Origin: a virus
Direction: 5' to 3' (one strand)
IMG/VR virus record: IMGVR_UViG_3300028197_000962
Coordinates: 1-64,000 of that record
Length of the DNA stretch: 64,000 nt
In this document: one piece after another, positions 1 to 9,728 of the stretch
Layout of the letters: each line of letters begins with the position of its first letter
Numbering within the stretch: position 1 is the first letter of the stretch
Program-made: the position numbers and the translations under genes
Notes under the pieces: generated by a model
The model's database searches: none
Told to the model about the DNA's origin: nothing
Seen by the model: the letters and a program-made list of their open reading frames with translations, nothing else

Positions 1-268
1 ACTTCTCATCTGCTAGAAACACCTTAACTCCGACCCTATTGAGAGAGGTGAGCATTCTGTTGAACTCATTAGAAACAGGATAATAACTAGCAGAGTTGGG
101 GTAATTACTAGAAATATCAAGGAGAGTCGTGATTTCTTTGACATCATCTGTGCATTCTTGGAGTAACATACACCCCATTGAATGACTGCTATAATAGTCA
201 TCTTCCTTAATAGGATCTGCCATCACGGGTGATGCTAATAGCAGCAGACTAAGAATCCATTTTTGCAT
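1..268 (-). CDS. Secreted/membrane hypothetical cyanophage protein, 3' end outside the window
   Basis: Hand-translated open frame MQKWILSLLLLASPVMADPIKEDDYYSSHSMGCMLLQECTDD...VFLADEK with a signal peptide; not in the ORF track because it has no stop in the window. Confidence 0.7.
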   Translation of the reverse strand, partial: MQKWILSLLLLASPVMADPIKEDDYYSSHSMGCMLLQECTDDVKEITTLLDISSNYPNSASYYPVSNEFNRMLTSLNRVGVKVFLADEK

Positions 269-548
269 AATATGCCTCAAAATACTTTACAATTCCAAAA
301 GAAGTTTTATTTCCTTGTGATACCCAATCATGGGCACATTCATAGATCGATTGTGTAGAATATTTGGGAACACATCCTTCCATCGGTCCACCAAATTTTG
401 AGAGAAGAATTTTTAACACTTCTCCTCTTAACTTTAATCGATCTTCTTCATAACGCCAATCATCGTTATTCTTGGGTTCTTCAACTTTCCAAGATCCGCC
501 AACACCTCCGTCCATATTTACAATAATATTATGTCCAGGATTTTCCAT
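249..548 (-). CDS. Hypothetical protein
   Basis: 99-aa ORF packed in the minus-strand gene run. Confidence 0.6.
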   Translation of the reverse strand: MENPGHNIIVNMDGGVGGSWKVEEPKNNDDWRYEEDRLKLRGEVLKILLSKFGGPMEGCVPKYSTQSIYECAHDWVSQGNKTSFGIVKYFEAYYAKMDS

Positions 549-559
549 TGCTGAATAAG

Positions 560-946
560 TTATTGCCAGTGATAGTGATAGAAATTACCTTTGGGGGAAC
601 ACATAGGATCCTCAGAAGGAACTCTATGTGGAAGTTGTGATTGACCTTTAAAATTAGTCCTGGCACCTATAATACCAAAAGCTTTCAACATATTTTTATT
701 GTTTTTGAGTCTTGCAACAACATCTCGGTTAGCAGCAGGTCTCTTATATAGAAACCCCTCATACTGTCCAGGAGCATACACTACATCCGCAACAGTATTG
801 GGATAGAGAGGAGACTTTACTCGATTAATAATTGATGCTGCAACACAATATTCATCAAAAGAACCAAGATGAGTTTCAACTTGAACCGTTCTGGCCAAGT
901 GATCATAATCAACTGCACTAAGTGCCAGAACCATTTCCAGAATCAT
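560..946 (-). CDS. SleB/Hydrolase_2-family cell wall hydrolase
   Basis: LARTVQVE...VAASIINRVKSPLYPNTVADVVYAPGQYE motif. Confidence 0.8.
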   Translation of the reverse strand: MILEMVLALSAVDYDHLARTVQVETHLGSFDEYCVAASIINRVKSPLYPNTVADVVYAPGQYEGFLYKRPAANRDVVARLKNNKNMLKAFGIIGARTNFKGQSQLPHRVPSEDPMCSPKGNFYHYHWQ

Positions 947-1391
947 GATAGTCTTTACGGTAGTAACGTCCCAGGATATTGCTATTATAGTATGCAGGGG
1001 TGCCGTCTGTCAAGCTTTCGGAAAGGACAGAATTGATAAAGAGTTGTCGAGTCTCCTCGAAATTAACTCTTCCTTTGGTATCATGTATGGAGATAATTTC
1101 TCGTTTATAAGCGGCATTCCCAATCCGCTTGCGTTCTTCATTAAGTTCATCAGAGCTTCCGTAATATTTTTTCCAGTCGCTCTCACTTGTAACTCTCCGA
1201 CCTCCACTTCTAGGCTTTCGTAGTTGCCAAAAGTATTTGCGGCCGATGTATTGTTTGCCTGATTGCAAATTTGTAATCCGATAGACAAAACCGAAAGACT
1301 TACCGATGCCACTAGTAGTAAACGGTTGATCCTGATACGTCCATGGGTTGTCATAAAGAAGTTCTTCATCCTCAATACCTGTATTCTTCAA
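918..1391 (-). CDS. GIY-YIG endonuclease
   Basis: GFVYRITN...YIGRK and Y-x-G-S-S motifs, C-terminal YYN. Confidence 0.8.
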   Translation of the reverse strand: MKNTGIEDEELLYDNPWTYQDQPFTTSGIGKSFGFVYRITNLQSGKQYIGRKYFWQLRKPRSGGRRVTSESDWKKYYGSSDELNEERKRIGNAAYKREIISIHDTKGRVNFEETRQLFINSVLSESLTDGTPAYYNSNILGRYYRKDYHDSGNGSGT

Positions 1392-1533
1392 TGATATTCA
1401 ATACCCGGTCGAGATATTTATGTGCCATATCTCGATCCCCCTGCCATATGGTATCAGGTTCTTCGTATACATCATGTTTTAATTGAAGCACACGATTCTT
1501 CAACTCGTCCTTCGTAAGCATATTTTTAGGCAT
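1372..1533 (-). CDS. Small hypothetical protein (53 aa)
   Basis: Hand-translated MPKNMLTKDELKNRVLQLKH...IEEYRY; fills the gap and abuts the upstream stop. Confidence 0.65.
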   Translation of the reverse strand: MPKNMLTKDELKNRVLQLKHDVYEEPDTIWQGDRDMAHKYLDRVLNIIEEYRY

Positions 1534-1715
1534 CAGAGTCTATTACCATAATTATAGTTTTCGTAGTCCAACTTCATTGCTTGAAGTTGATTTGCTTGTG
1601 CGAGGGATTGGGGTCCCTCGGTAAGCAGTTGTACCTGTGATTCAGATAAGATAGCACCTTTCCAAGAGAGATACGCTTCTCTCCATGTACCTTGTCCTTC
1701 ATTTTCAATTAACAT
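1533..1715 (-). CDS. Hypothetical protein
   Basis: 60-aa ORF coupled to the nrdB stop. Confidence 0.6.
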   Translation of the reverse strand: MLIENEGQGTWREAYLSWKGAILSESQVQLLTEGPQSLAQANQLQAMKLDYENYNYGNRL

Positions 1716-2884
1716 TAGAGTTGGAATCCAGTAAACGTGTTCTTTTTAACATCCTGCTTGATGCCACCAACAACATAAGATTCAACCTCAGTTTCCTGTG
1801 GAGCAACTTGGAGACCCTTAGAAGAGATCCAGTGTTGTGTCCAAGGAAGTGGATTATTCTTAGCTGCAATATCATATACAGGTTTTAATCCAATCGATTT
1901 TAACCGACGATTAGCAATCCATTCAACATATTGATGTAAAAGTTTATCATTCAAACCAATCATGCTGCCATCTTTGAAGAGATACTCTGCCCAACGCTTC
2001 TCTTCATTGACTGCACGATCATATAAAGCATACAACCATTCTTTCTCTTCATTATAAATTTTCTTCATATCCGGATCATCGCCATTTGCCCAGTTCTTAA
2101 TAATGTTTTGAGTCAAAACTAGATGCTGGTTTTCATCCCTAGCGATGAGGGATATGATTTTAGCAGATCCTTCCATGAGTTTGAGCTCACCGAATGCAAA
2201 TGAGCACGCGAAAGACACATAGAATCGTATGCCTTCCAGAACGTTGACATTTGCGACTGCTCGGAAGAGTTTCCGTTTGAGTTCATACCTTTCTTGTTTA
2301 AAAGAACCAGCACCGTCAAGCGCATGTTCCCATGCGTTAGATGAACCATACTGTTGAGCGTCTTTGATAAAGAGGTTATACGCTTCTGTGACACTCTCAG
2401 CGCGTTCTAAGATACGCTGATCTGTTAGGATGGTATCAAACACACTACTGGGGTTTGAATACACATTCTTGATGATGTAAGTGTAGGAGCGACTATGGAT
2501 CATCTCCATAAACTCCCACACAGTCATAGCCGCCTCCAATTCAGGCAGAGAACAGTAAGGAATGAATGCCATTCCTGGACCTCTACCCTGAACACTGTCC
2601 AACATAACTTGATACTTCAAGTTTGAAGTAAAGATATGCTTCTGTTCGGGACGCAATGATTGATAATCACCACGATCTTTTTGTAAAGAGACCTCTTCTG
2701 GTCTCCAAAAATATCCTAATTGCTGAGTTGTCAACCTTTCAAAGACAGGATACTTATATGAATCATATCTTTGGACACCAAGAGGAGCACCAAAGAACAT
2801 CGGTTGTTTTGTAGTGTCAACTGGCGTCTTGTTAAAGACGGTCATACCTTCAATTTTTTTATCGTTGTTTAGTTTGAAATCCAT
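1715..2884 (-). CDS. nrdB: Ribonucleotide reductase class Ia beta subunit
   Basis: FWRPEEV, EMIHSRSY, LEGIRFY, RDENQH di-iron motifs; VAPQETE tail. Confidence 0.98.
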   Translation of the reverse strand: MDFKLNNDKKIEGMTVFNKTPVDTTKQPMFFGAPLGVQRYDSYKYPVFERLTTQQLGYFWRPEEVSLQKDRGDYQSLRPEQKHIFTSNLKYQVMLDSVQGRGPGMAFIPYCSLPELEAAMTVWEFMEMIHSRSYTYIIKNVYSNPSSVFDTILTDQRILERAESVTEAYNLFIKDAQQYGSSNAWEHALDGAGSFKQERYELKRKLFRAVANVNVLEGIRFYVSFACSFAFGELKLMEGSAKIISLIARDENQHLVLTQNIIKNWANGDDPDMKKIYNEEKEWLYALYDRAVNEEKRWAEYLFKDGSMIGLNDKLLHQYVEWIANRRLKSIGLKPVYDIAAKNNPLPWTQHWISSKGLQVAPQETEVESYVVGGIKQDVKKNTFTGFQL

Positions 2885-2908
2885 TTTTTGTATCTTATAT
2901 TTACTTTA

Positions 2909-5206
2909 TCAAATAGAACAGGACTCGCATTCACTTTCATCAGCATTTTCTAGTTCTGCCATTAGTGATTGTATATTGTCCGGTTTGTCTTCTACCTCAT
3001 CAGTCTTTTGATCGTGAGTATTCTGATAGTAGGAAGTCTTCCAACCGTACTTATATGTAGTTAATAGATCATTTGCCATGACCGATACCGGCACTTCATT
3101 ATCTGGATAGTGCTCCGGATTGTATGACCAATTCCCAGAGATTGCTTGGTCAAAGAATTTCTGCATCATAGCAACAATATTGATATATCCATTGTTGTTA
3201 GGCATCTCCCACAACAGTGTATAATTATTTTTCAAGGTAGCATACTGCGGTACAATTTGTTTAAGAGGCCCTTTCTTGGACTTCTTAATGGACAAGTAAT
3301 CTCGTGGTGGTTCGATTCCATTGGTTGCGTTTGACACAACGGAACTGCTTTCCGATGGCATCTGTGCGGACAATGTTGAGTGTCGTAAACCGAACTCATT
3401 GATAGATGCCCTAAGAGACTCCCAATCATGCTGCAACTCCGGATTTGAAATAGAATCTACATCCTTTTTGTATGTATCAATTGGAAGAATGCCATCAGCA
3501 TACTTAGTACGTCCAAAGTTATCACACCATCCTTTCTCTTTGGCAAGTTCGTTGGATGATTTTAAGAGATAGTATTGGAAAGACTCAGAGAGTTTATGAA
3601 CTGCGTCCCATGCCTCCTGTGAGTCGTAATTATGCCCCAACTTAGCAAGATAGTGTGCAAGTCCAATGAACCCAATTCCAAGCGATCTACGTGCCTTTGT
3701 ACAAATTTCTGCTGCACGTATTGGATACTCCTGATAATCAATCAATTCTTCCAGAGCACGAACTGCAAGGTCACAGAGACCCTCCAACTCTTCATCATTT
3801 CTAATAGTTCCTACATTGACAGCAGAAAGAATACATAAAGCAATCTCACCTAACTCATCATCAATATGATTAAGAGGAACAGTGGGTAGTGTAATTTCTT
3901 GACACAGATTACTCATCTCAATCTTATCCTTGAAGGAAGAATGAGAATTGCAGTGGTCAATATTCATGATATACAGACGACCAGTCTCTGCTCTCTCTTT
4001 CAGAATGTCCAGAAATAGTTCTTGTGCCCCGACAGTCTTCCTTGGAATAGACTGATCTGATTCATAGCCCACATAGCAATCGTCAAATGCATCAGTACCA
4101 AAAGCATCATACAGACCTGGTACGTCATGCGGTGAGAATAAGCTAATCTCTCCATTCGTAATGAAACGTTCGTAGAAAAGTTTTGAAATCTGGATTGAGT
4201 AGTCAAGTTTGCGTACCCGATTGTCTTCTGTGCCTTTGTTATTTTTTAGAACGATGATGTCTTGGATTTCTTGGTGCCAGATCGGGAAGTGGACCGTTGC
4301 CGATCCACCACGGATTCCATTTTGTGTACAGCATCGTACAGTTGATTCAAACTTTTTAAGGAAAGGAACAACGCCAGTGTGCTGCACTTCTCCTCCACGG
4401 ATTCTGCTGTTGATGCCACGGATTCTTCCAGCATTGATACCGATTCCAGCCCTTTGCGCAACATAACGGCCAATGGCCATGTCAGAAGTAAAAATACTAT
4501 CCAAGGAGTCGTCAACATCAACGAGAACACAAGACGCGAACTGTCTGAGAGGAGTTCGTACCCCGGCCATGATTGGCGTTGGGATGTTGATTTTGTGTTT
4601 GCTGATCGCGTCGTAGTACCTTCTGACATATGAAAGACGGGTTTCCTTAGGATAATCTCGGAAGATGGTTAAAGCAATCATGATATACATGAACTGAGGC
4701 GTTTCATATACCTCATTCGTGCTGCGATCTTGCACTAGGTATTTATCCACAACCTGTCTTAGACCAGCATATGTGAATAGGTAGTCCCGATCATGGTCAA
4801 TAAAACTATCAACTTTCTCAATCTCTTCCTGTGAATATTTTGAGAAGATAGTTTTATCATATGGTCCGTCATATGCAAGTTGCGTGATATGGTCAATCAA
4901 ACTTGGCAACTCACTCGTTCTTCCATAGAGAGATTTTCTAAGAGAGAAGAGTAGAAGCCTTGCTGCAACGTATTGATAATTGGAATGATCAAGATCAATA
5001 AGATCAGATGCAGATCTAACAAGGATCTCCTGAATTTCGCCAGTAGTAATTCCATCATAGAACTGAATACCAGATTTCATTTCAACTTGACTCGCAGAGA
5101 CCCCTGCAAGACCCTCACATGCCTTATCAACCATGATATGCATTTTGTCTAGGTCTAGGGATTCAATCCGACCATCTCTCTTCTTAACCTTTGTGCCGTT
5201 GCTCAT
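2909..5206 (-). CDS. nrdA: Ribonucleotide reductase class Ia alpha subunit
   Basis: ATP-cone VKKRDG, PTPIMAG, SCVL, SNLCQEI, C-terminal CESC; start MSNG overlaps the primase stop. Confidence 0.98.
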   Translation of the reverse strand: MSNGTKVKKRDGRIESLDLDKMHIMVDKACEGLAGVSASQVEMKSGIQFYDGITTGEIQEILVRSASDLIDLDHSNYQYVAARLLLFSLRKSLYGRTSELPSLIDHITQLAYDGPYDKTIFSKYSQEEIEKVDSFIDHDRDYLFTYAGLRQVVDKYLVQDRSTNEVYETPQFMYIMIALTIFRDYPKETRLSYVRRYYDAISKHKINIPTPIMAGVRTPLRQFASCVLVDVDDSLDSIFTSDMAIGRYVAQRAGIGINAGRIRGINSRIRGGEVQHTGVVPFLKKFESTVRCCTQNGIRGGSATVHFPIWHQEIQDIIVLKNNKGTEDNRVRKLDYSIQISKLFYERFITNGEISLFSPHDVPGLYDAFGTDAFDDCYVGYESDQSIPRKTVGAQELFLDILKERAETGRLYIMNIDHCNSHSSFKDKIEMSNLCQEITLPTVPLNHIDDELGEIALCILSAVNVGTIRNDEELEGLCDLAVRALEELIDYQEYPIRAAEICTKARRSLGIGFIGLAHYLAKLGHNYDSQEAWDAVHKLSESFQYYLLKSSNELAKEKGWCDNFGRTKYADGILPIDTYKKDVDSISNPELQHDWESLRASINEFGLRHSTLSAQMPSESSSVVSNATNGIEPPRDYLSIKKSKKGPLKQIVPQYATLKNNYTLLWEMPNNNGYINIVAMMQKFFDQAISGNWSYNPEHYPDNEVPVSVMANDLLTTYKYGWKTSYYQNTHDQKTDEVEDKPDNIQSLMAELENADESECESCSI

Positions 5207-6177
5207 ACCTTTTTCCAAGTTGCGAATTTAAGTTGTGCTTCCAACCCTGAATATACGTTGGATTCTACCAGTTTTTGAACGTCATGTCCACACATGACCA
5301 TATCGTTTATGTCCTTATCATCAATATTCGATGGCCAGATTACTACGGAGTCGCCTCTATCGATAGTGCGTCCGATACGCCCGACGATCTCAGTGTTCCT
5401 TGGTTCGTTATCGTAGACCCAAATAGGATTGCTAATCCCCCACCGGCTAATATCAAGATCAGCTCCGCACATAGCAATCGAGTTGCGAATGAACGTGCTG
5501 TCGAATGGTCCTTCTGTGATGTAAACAGGTTCTGATTTGGCAATTTCATCGAGTCCATAGATTTTTGGTGCATCATCATCAAGCATTACAGTAATGTATT
5601 TAACAGGGTTTGGTTTTATAGATCTTCCCTGAAAACCGATTAGGTTTTGATTATAAAACAAAGGAATAATGATGCGAGGTTCGTCATATCTTACATCATC
5701 AAAGGTATGTTTAAGTGAGTTAGTATATTTCTTGAACTCTTCTGCATAGTAAAACTCAGATGGGTTAAGTTGTCTAGACAATAAGTATCCAGAAGCACTT
5801 GGAGATGTGGATGCTTTTGGCAGAGTAATCTTTTTCTTCTTTTTAAAGACCGGTGCTTTAAAATTTAGAATTGGTTTGTCTACAACAAAGTTCTTGCCCG
5901 CAAATCCGTCCTTAAACTTCTCCATCACATATTCTTTGTGAAGAGTGGTATCAATCTTCTTCAAGAAGTTGTTGAAAGACATCGAAGCACCACAATTATG
6001 GCACTTGAAGTTAGTATTTGTCTTTACCTGATAGATGTAACCCCTAGTTTTACTCTTATTCTTCTGCGAGTCTCCACAGATTGGGCATCTAAAATTGTAA
6101 AGATTTGATTTTACCCTCTTAAATTTTTCTAGTCGTGAGGATAGTAGACTAACATATTTTGCATCAACGTGATCCAT
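5203..6177 (-). CDS. gp61: DNA primase (T4 gp61)
   Basis: Zn finger CPICGD...CHNCG; TOPRIM EGPFDS, DNE, KDIND. Confidence 0.96.
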   Translation of the reverse strand: MDHVDAKYVSLLSSRLEKFKRVKSNLYNFRCPICGDSQKNKSKTRGYIYQVKTNTNFKCHNCGASMSFNNFLKKIDTTLHKEYVMEKFKDGFAGKNFVVDKPILNFKAPVFKKKKKITLPKASTSPSASGYLLSRQLNPSEFYYAEEFKKYTNSLKHTFDDVRYDEPRIIIPLFYNQNLIGFQGRSIKPNPVKYITVMLDDDAPKIYGLDEIAKSEPVYITEGPFDSTFIRNSIAMCGADLDISRWGISNPIWVYDNEPRNTEIVGRIGRTIDRGDSVVIWPSNIDDKDINDMVMCGHDVQKLVESNVYSGLEAQLKFATWKKV

Positions 6178-6562
6178 CTATGGTGGCGACTGTTGGTGCT
6201 ATCATAGCACCATTCTGCCCCATTAGCAATGGTTTGAGCGTTTTGATTGCCTGTGGGTTACTGATTATCAATACTGCTCCCAGTGCTCCGATGCCAATCC
6301 AAAGTTTCCGTTCCAATAACGATAGTCGTTTAGCAATGATGTCATGATCGCTGTCCATTTTATCACGTAGTTTGTCGATTTTATCAAACAATACTGCGTC
6401 GATTTTTTCTTGCTTCCCGATTCTTTCCTCATGGACGGCTAACATCCTAGACACATTATTATTTACCTCTGCAATTTTTTCAATCGCAGAATCTAAACGA
6501 CCAACCAACTGTTCAAAGTTACCAAGTCTTTCTTCTAAAACAGCAACCTTCGCATTATCCAT
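6164..6562 (-). CDS. Coiled-coil protein with C-terminal transmembrane segment
   Basis: Heptad-like N-terminal region followed by LWIGIGALGAVLII. Confidence 0.7.
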   Translation of the reverse strand: MDNAKVAVLEERLGNFEQLVGRLDSAIEKIAEVNNNVSRMLAVHEERIGKQEKIDAVLFDKIDKLRDKMDSDHDIIAKRLSLLERKLWIGIGALGAVLIISNPQAIKTLKPLLMGQNGAMIAPTVATIDGSR

Positions 6563-6746
6563 TTTTATTAGGAGTCCAGGTTTTCCTCACTCCTTTGACA
6601 TAGATATATCTTTTTTTCTTTCTTACTGGTGGATCATCACCAGCTTCCTTAGTTCCAGCAATATTTCCACTGCCAACATTAACCGTAGGAGCACCTTCCT
6701 CACGGATAAACGATAGTATTTTACTTAGAATTCTGTCCTTGTTCAT
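6555..6746 (-). CDS. Small hypothetical protein, possible capsid-internal peptide
   Basis: 63 aa; SFIREE followed by a basic C-terminus. Confidence 0.6.
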   Translation of the reverse strand: MNKDRILSKILSFIREEGAPTVNVGSGNIAGTKEAGDDPPVRKKKRYIYVKGVRKTWTPNKNG

Positions 6747-7116
6747 ATTCTATTTGAAGGAGTCTAAAACATTCTATATCTACGTGAATATCATGTATGT
6801 AACTCTTAGGAGTCTGGGGAAACCTATTCAAAAATAATAAAAAAGATTTCATAGTAGGCCAAAGTTCTTTATCAATCTTGTAGAACAAGAGAGGAACAGT
6901 AGCTTCACCAAAAATATTAAAAAGAATAATAAAATGATTGACTAGAAGATGTGATTTTAATACCCCAGTATTTTTGAAGCGTTTTAATAGTCGTTTGACA
7001 TATTTAAAACGCTTCAAATCATCTAGAAAATCTTCTTTGGTTACAGAATGAGGGTTTTCATAATGACGAATTGCGAAAAGCATGAAGTTGTCATCATTTA
7101 ATTCACGGAATATCAT
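6721..7116 (-). CDS. Conserved T4-like phage hypothetical protein
   Basis: FAIRHYENP...DDLKRFKYVKRLL...NHFIILFNIFG pattern. Confidence 0.75.
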   Translation of the reverse strand: MIFRELNDDNFMLFAIRHYENPHSVTKEDFLDDLKRFKYVKRLLKRFKNTGVLKSHLLVNHFIILFNIFGEATVPLLFYKIDKELWPTMKSFLLFLNRFPQTPKSYIHDIHVDIECFRLLQIEYEQGQNSK

Positions 7117-7122
7117 ACGACA

Positions 7123-7722
7123 TTATGCTTTATAGTTCGGGAATGGTTCGTTACCAGTCTGAATACCAGACATTGCAACTAGAACCTCAGTCTTAACTCT
7201 GAAATTACCATGGTTGTCAGTATAAGTCTGAACACCAACCCAACCAGAATGAGCAGGACGGAACTTAGAGGTCAGGGCAAGACCCAAATTACCATTTACA
7301 AAATCTTCATATTCATTTGCCATGGCAGTAGACCCAACACCAAAGTATCTGGTAGAAGAGATACCAACACTGGAACCAGCTAGATCAACCAAGCTATGGT
7401 GGATCTGATCCACAGCAGCTGGATCCTCATCCAGATAGGTGGCCATCTGCGTTAATGAATATGCTACACCAGCAACAGTGTAGTTTGAATTCATAATGAT
7501 TGCATTGGTATGAGCAATGCCACATGTAGTGGTACTTGCGATACTGACGATCTGAGCGAAACCACACGTGGATCCTAGACCCAATTTAATAATTGGAGTA
7601 TCCGTACCAACACCTGCTACAAAGGGTCCTGGTTGAATTTCGATTGTATTGTTAGTAAGATTAACTGTCGCAACGCCTACCGCGACGTTTGCAAAGTTAT
7701 CCCTATCTCCCCAAAGAGCCAT
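7123..7722 (-). CDS. Putative virion structural protein (MALWG family)
   Basis: MALWG start, HSGWVG...RVKTEVLVAM end; TATAAATA late promoter upstream. Confidence 0.7.
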   Translation of the reverse strand: MALWGDRDNFANVAVGVATVNLTNNTIEIQPGPFVAGVGTDTPIIKLGLGSTCGFAQIVSIASTTTCGIAHTNAIIMNSNYTVAGVAYSLTQMATYLDEDPAAVDQIHHSLVDLAGSSVGISSTRYFGVGSTAMANEYEDFVNGNLGLALTSKFRPAHSGWVGVQTYTDNHGNFRVKTEVLVAMSGIQTGNEPFPNYKA

Positions 7723-7753
7723 GTCTTTTCCTGAATAAGATTTTCTATAAAGA

Positions 7754-7761
7754 TATTTATA
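7754..7761 (-). promoter_or_regulatory. T4-type late promoter TATAAATA
   Basis: Exact consensus upstream of 7123-7722. Confidence 0.8.
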
Positions 7762-7764
7762 AGA

Positions 7765-7968
7765 TCACTCACCCTCGCGAGTCTTAATTGCTTTGGTGAC
7801 AACTTCAAGAAGTTGATCATCCATATCAGTCTTGGTCAGCTTAACTGCCTTAGAAAGAATAATAAGACAGATCTCAACCATTTTCTCACCCAGTTCTTCA
7901 TTTTCTGGGACTTTGGAAACAGCGTCTGTAATAATTTTTGATGCCAGTGGTAATAAAAATGCCAACAT
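7765..7968 (-). CDS. Hypothetical protein
   Basis: 67-aa ORF. Confidence 0.65.
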   Translation of the reverse strand: MLAFLLPLASKIITDAVSKVPENEELGEKMVEICLIILSKAVKLTKTDMDDQLLEVVTKAIKTREGE

Positions 7969-7989
7969 GGATAATATAGCGATTACACT

Positions 7990-8196
7990 CTATATATCAT
8001 CAAAGTATTTTTCTAAAACGTCTAGACGTTCCTGTTCCTTTGCAATTAGATCAATTTGATCCTGAATAGCACTCATAATATCTGGGTGCTCACCAATACC
8101 AACAGGACTTTTAAAGTAAACCTCGACGTTTATCTTGGCTCTTTTAATATTTCCAATAGCACTTGCTTTAAGTGCATCGATCATTTCTCTTTTCAT
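7990..8196 (-). CDS. Hypothetical protein
   Basis: 68 aa; PVGIGEHPDI motif common in marine phages. Confidence 0.7.
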   Translation of the reverse strand: MKREMIDALKASAIGNIKRAKINVEVYFKSPVGIGEHPDIMSAIQDQIDLIAKEQERLDVLEKYFDDI

Positions 8197-8288
8197 GTTA
8201 TTTTTTGGTAATGTTACAAGTTAATTCACAATTGTCACCTTCCATCTCCGAATCTGGGATGTAGGGTGTAGATCCACATACAGCACTT

Positions 8289-8762
8289 CTACACCAACGT
8301 GCCGTGGGACCTTCTAATTTCTCGGAGTGCTTCAAGGTCCATGTTTTTTGTTCCTCCGTCGTAGGCATGAGCATAACCCTCATCAATCATTTGTTCGTTG
8401 AGGGACACACTGTCGTCCCCAATGTAAAGCCAACCCAGAAGACGGCCGTATTTCCCAGTGCCACCAACAAGTTCAGTCCTAACAGACAACTCATCATCAC
8501 CAGCCAACGTGCCTTCGAGTTTTGCTTTGAGCCAGTTGGTTGCTTCGATTCCAAGTTTCTTTTCCTCTAAGTTTCTGGTTCTTTTCTCTGGCGTATCAAC
8601 TCCTGCAACTCTAACTCTTTCTTTCTTGTATAGGTCAAACCCAAGATCAATGGTGACATCAATAGTATCACCGTCAAGAACACGATTGATCTCCGTCACT
8701 CGAAAGTTGTAACAACTTTTTCTGCTTGGGGGTGTCATTGCTGCCACGTTCTTCTCTCTCAT
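8289..8762 (-). CDS. Thermonuclease (staphylococcal nuclease-like)
   Basis: VLDGDTID, RVRVAGVDTPE, KYGRLLG, LNEQMIDEGYA. Confidence 0.9.
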   Translation of the reverse strand: MREKNVAAMTPPSRKSCYNFRVTEINRVLDGDTIDVTIDLGFDLYKKERVRVAGVDTPEKRTRNLEEKKLGIEATNWLKAKLEGTLAGDDELSVRTELVGGTGKYGRLLGWLYIGDDSVSLNEQMIDEGYAHAYDGGTKNMDLEALREIRRSHGTLV

Positions 8763-8880
8763 CTATTCCTAATATGTATATGACAACATAAACTGTCATA
8801 GCAAGAGCAAGGATTACCATAATGATAACTGACCATACAGGATCACCTGGAATATCAAGAGGTTTAAGTATGAGATTCAT
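8674..8880 (-). CDS. Small membrane protein
   Basis: MNLILKP... with one TM helix (VWSVIIMVILALAMTVYVVIYIL). Confidence 0.6.
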   Translation of the reverse strand: MNLILKPLDIPGDPVWSVIIMVILALAMTVYVVIYILGIDEREERGSNDTPKQKKLLQLSSDGDQSCS

Positions 8881-9037
8881 TATTAAACGGTGCCCAATGC
8901 TGCCATCCATACTTGTGGACATAATGCATACCAATAATAGGTACGACAACTAGTGCAAGACTTAGTGAACCAATCCCAAAAGGATTATTGAGTGTGACAG
9001 CAGCAAAGTGTGCTGCTTTATGTGCAATGTGGGTCAT
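8864..9037 (-). CDS. Small membrane protein
   Basis: MTHIAHK...LSLALVVVPIIGMHYVHKYGWQHW. Confidence 0.6.
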   Translation of the reverse strand: MTHIAHKAAHFAAVTLNNPFGIGSLSLALVVVPIIGMHYVHKYGWQHWAPFNNESHT

Positions 9038-9246
9038 AGGTATCCTCCCCAGATTTCCCAAAGATCTCTAAAATAAAAATCAACATCGGTTAAACTTCCA
9101 AGAGGAACTTGTTGATCCTCCGTTTTGGACCACCTATCACAAAATCTAGTAATACATGACTCCGATGCTGCTGGACGAGTACCATACATTCTAGCAAATG
9201 AACTCATTGCAAAGTTGTATCGAAGTTTGATTTCAGATTGATTCAT
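9034..9246 (-). CDS. Hypothetical protein
   Basis: MNQSEIKLRY...WGGYL; overlaps the next start. Confidence 0.6.
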   Translation of the reverse strand: MNQSEIKLRYNFAMSSFARMYGTRPAASESCITRFCDRWSKTEDQQVPLGSLTDVDFYFRDLWEIWGGYL

Positions 9247-9251
9247 AAGTA

Positions 9252-9428
9252 TTACCAAAAATTGTTTTTAAATAAACCACCACTTGCAGTAATTTTTTCT
9301 TCGTATCTTTTTACAACCTTTAACACATGTTTCCTATCAGTCCCACATGGAGCGTTGTTTAAACAAATAAGAATTAGTTCATCATCAGTGATGGATGGTT
9401 TAATTGTAAAACCATGTTTATCTAACAT
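9252..9428 (-). CDS. Hypothetical protein (58 aa)
   Basis: Hand-translated MLDKHGFTIKPSITDDELILICLNNAPCG...NNFW. Confidence 0.6.
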   Translation of the reverse strand: MLDKHGFTIKPSITDDELILICLNNAPCGTDRKHVLKVVKRYEEKITASGGLFKNNFW

Positions 9429-9437
9429 TTTATTAAC

Positions 9438-9728
9438 TTAGTATAGTTCTTCCTCAGCTTCTGCTTTGATGACACAATCAGAAGTTGGATAAGATACACA
9501 TAAAAGTGCAAATCCTGCTTCAAGTTGATCATCATCAAGAAAAGATTGTTCTTCCTGATTTACTGTTCCTTCAAGCACCTTACCAGCACATGAAGAGCAG
9601 GCACCAGCACGACAAGAGTATGGAAGATCAACACCTGCTTCCTCAGCAGCATCAAGAATATATTCGTCCTCGGCACACTCAAAAGAAGATTCTGTGCCGT
9701 CTGTAAGTTGAACCGTAATTTGTGCCAT
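9438..9728 (-). CDS. petF: Plant-type [2Fe-2S] ferredoxin
   Basis: [13 protein letters not shown]...[10 protein letters not shown]. Confidence 0.97.
   Translation of the reverse strand: MAQITVQLTDGTESSFECAEDEYILDAAEEAGVDLPYSCRAGACSSCAGKVLEGTVNQEEQSFLDDDQLEAGFALLCVSYPTSDCVIKAEAEEELY

Noticed and set aside
13-201. 62-aa ORF from the track
   Set aside because: Shadow of a better frame (1-268) with a signal peptide that runs off the window.
918-1391. GIY-YIG ORF as a mobile homing endonuclease
   Set aside because: Short, catalytic domain only, no evident DNA-binding extension; more like a resident host-DNA degradation nuclease.
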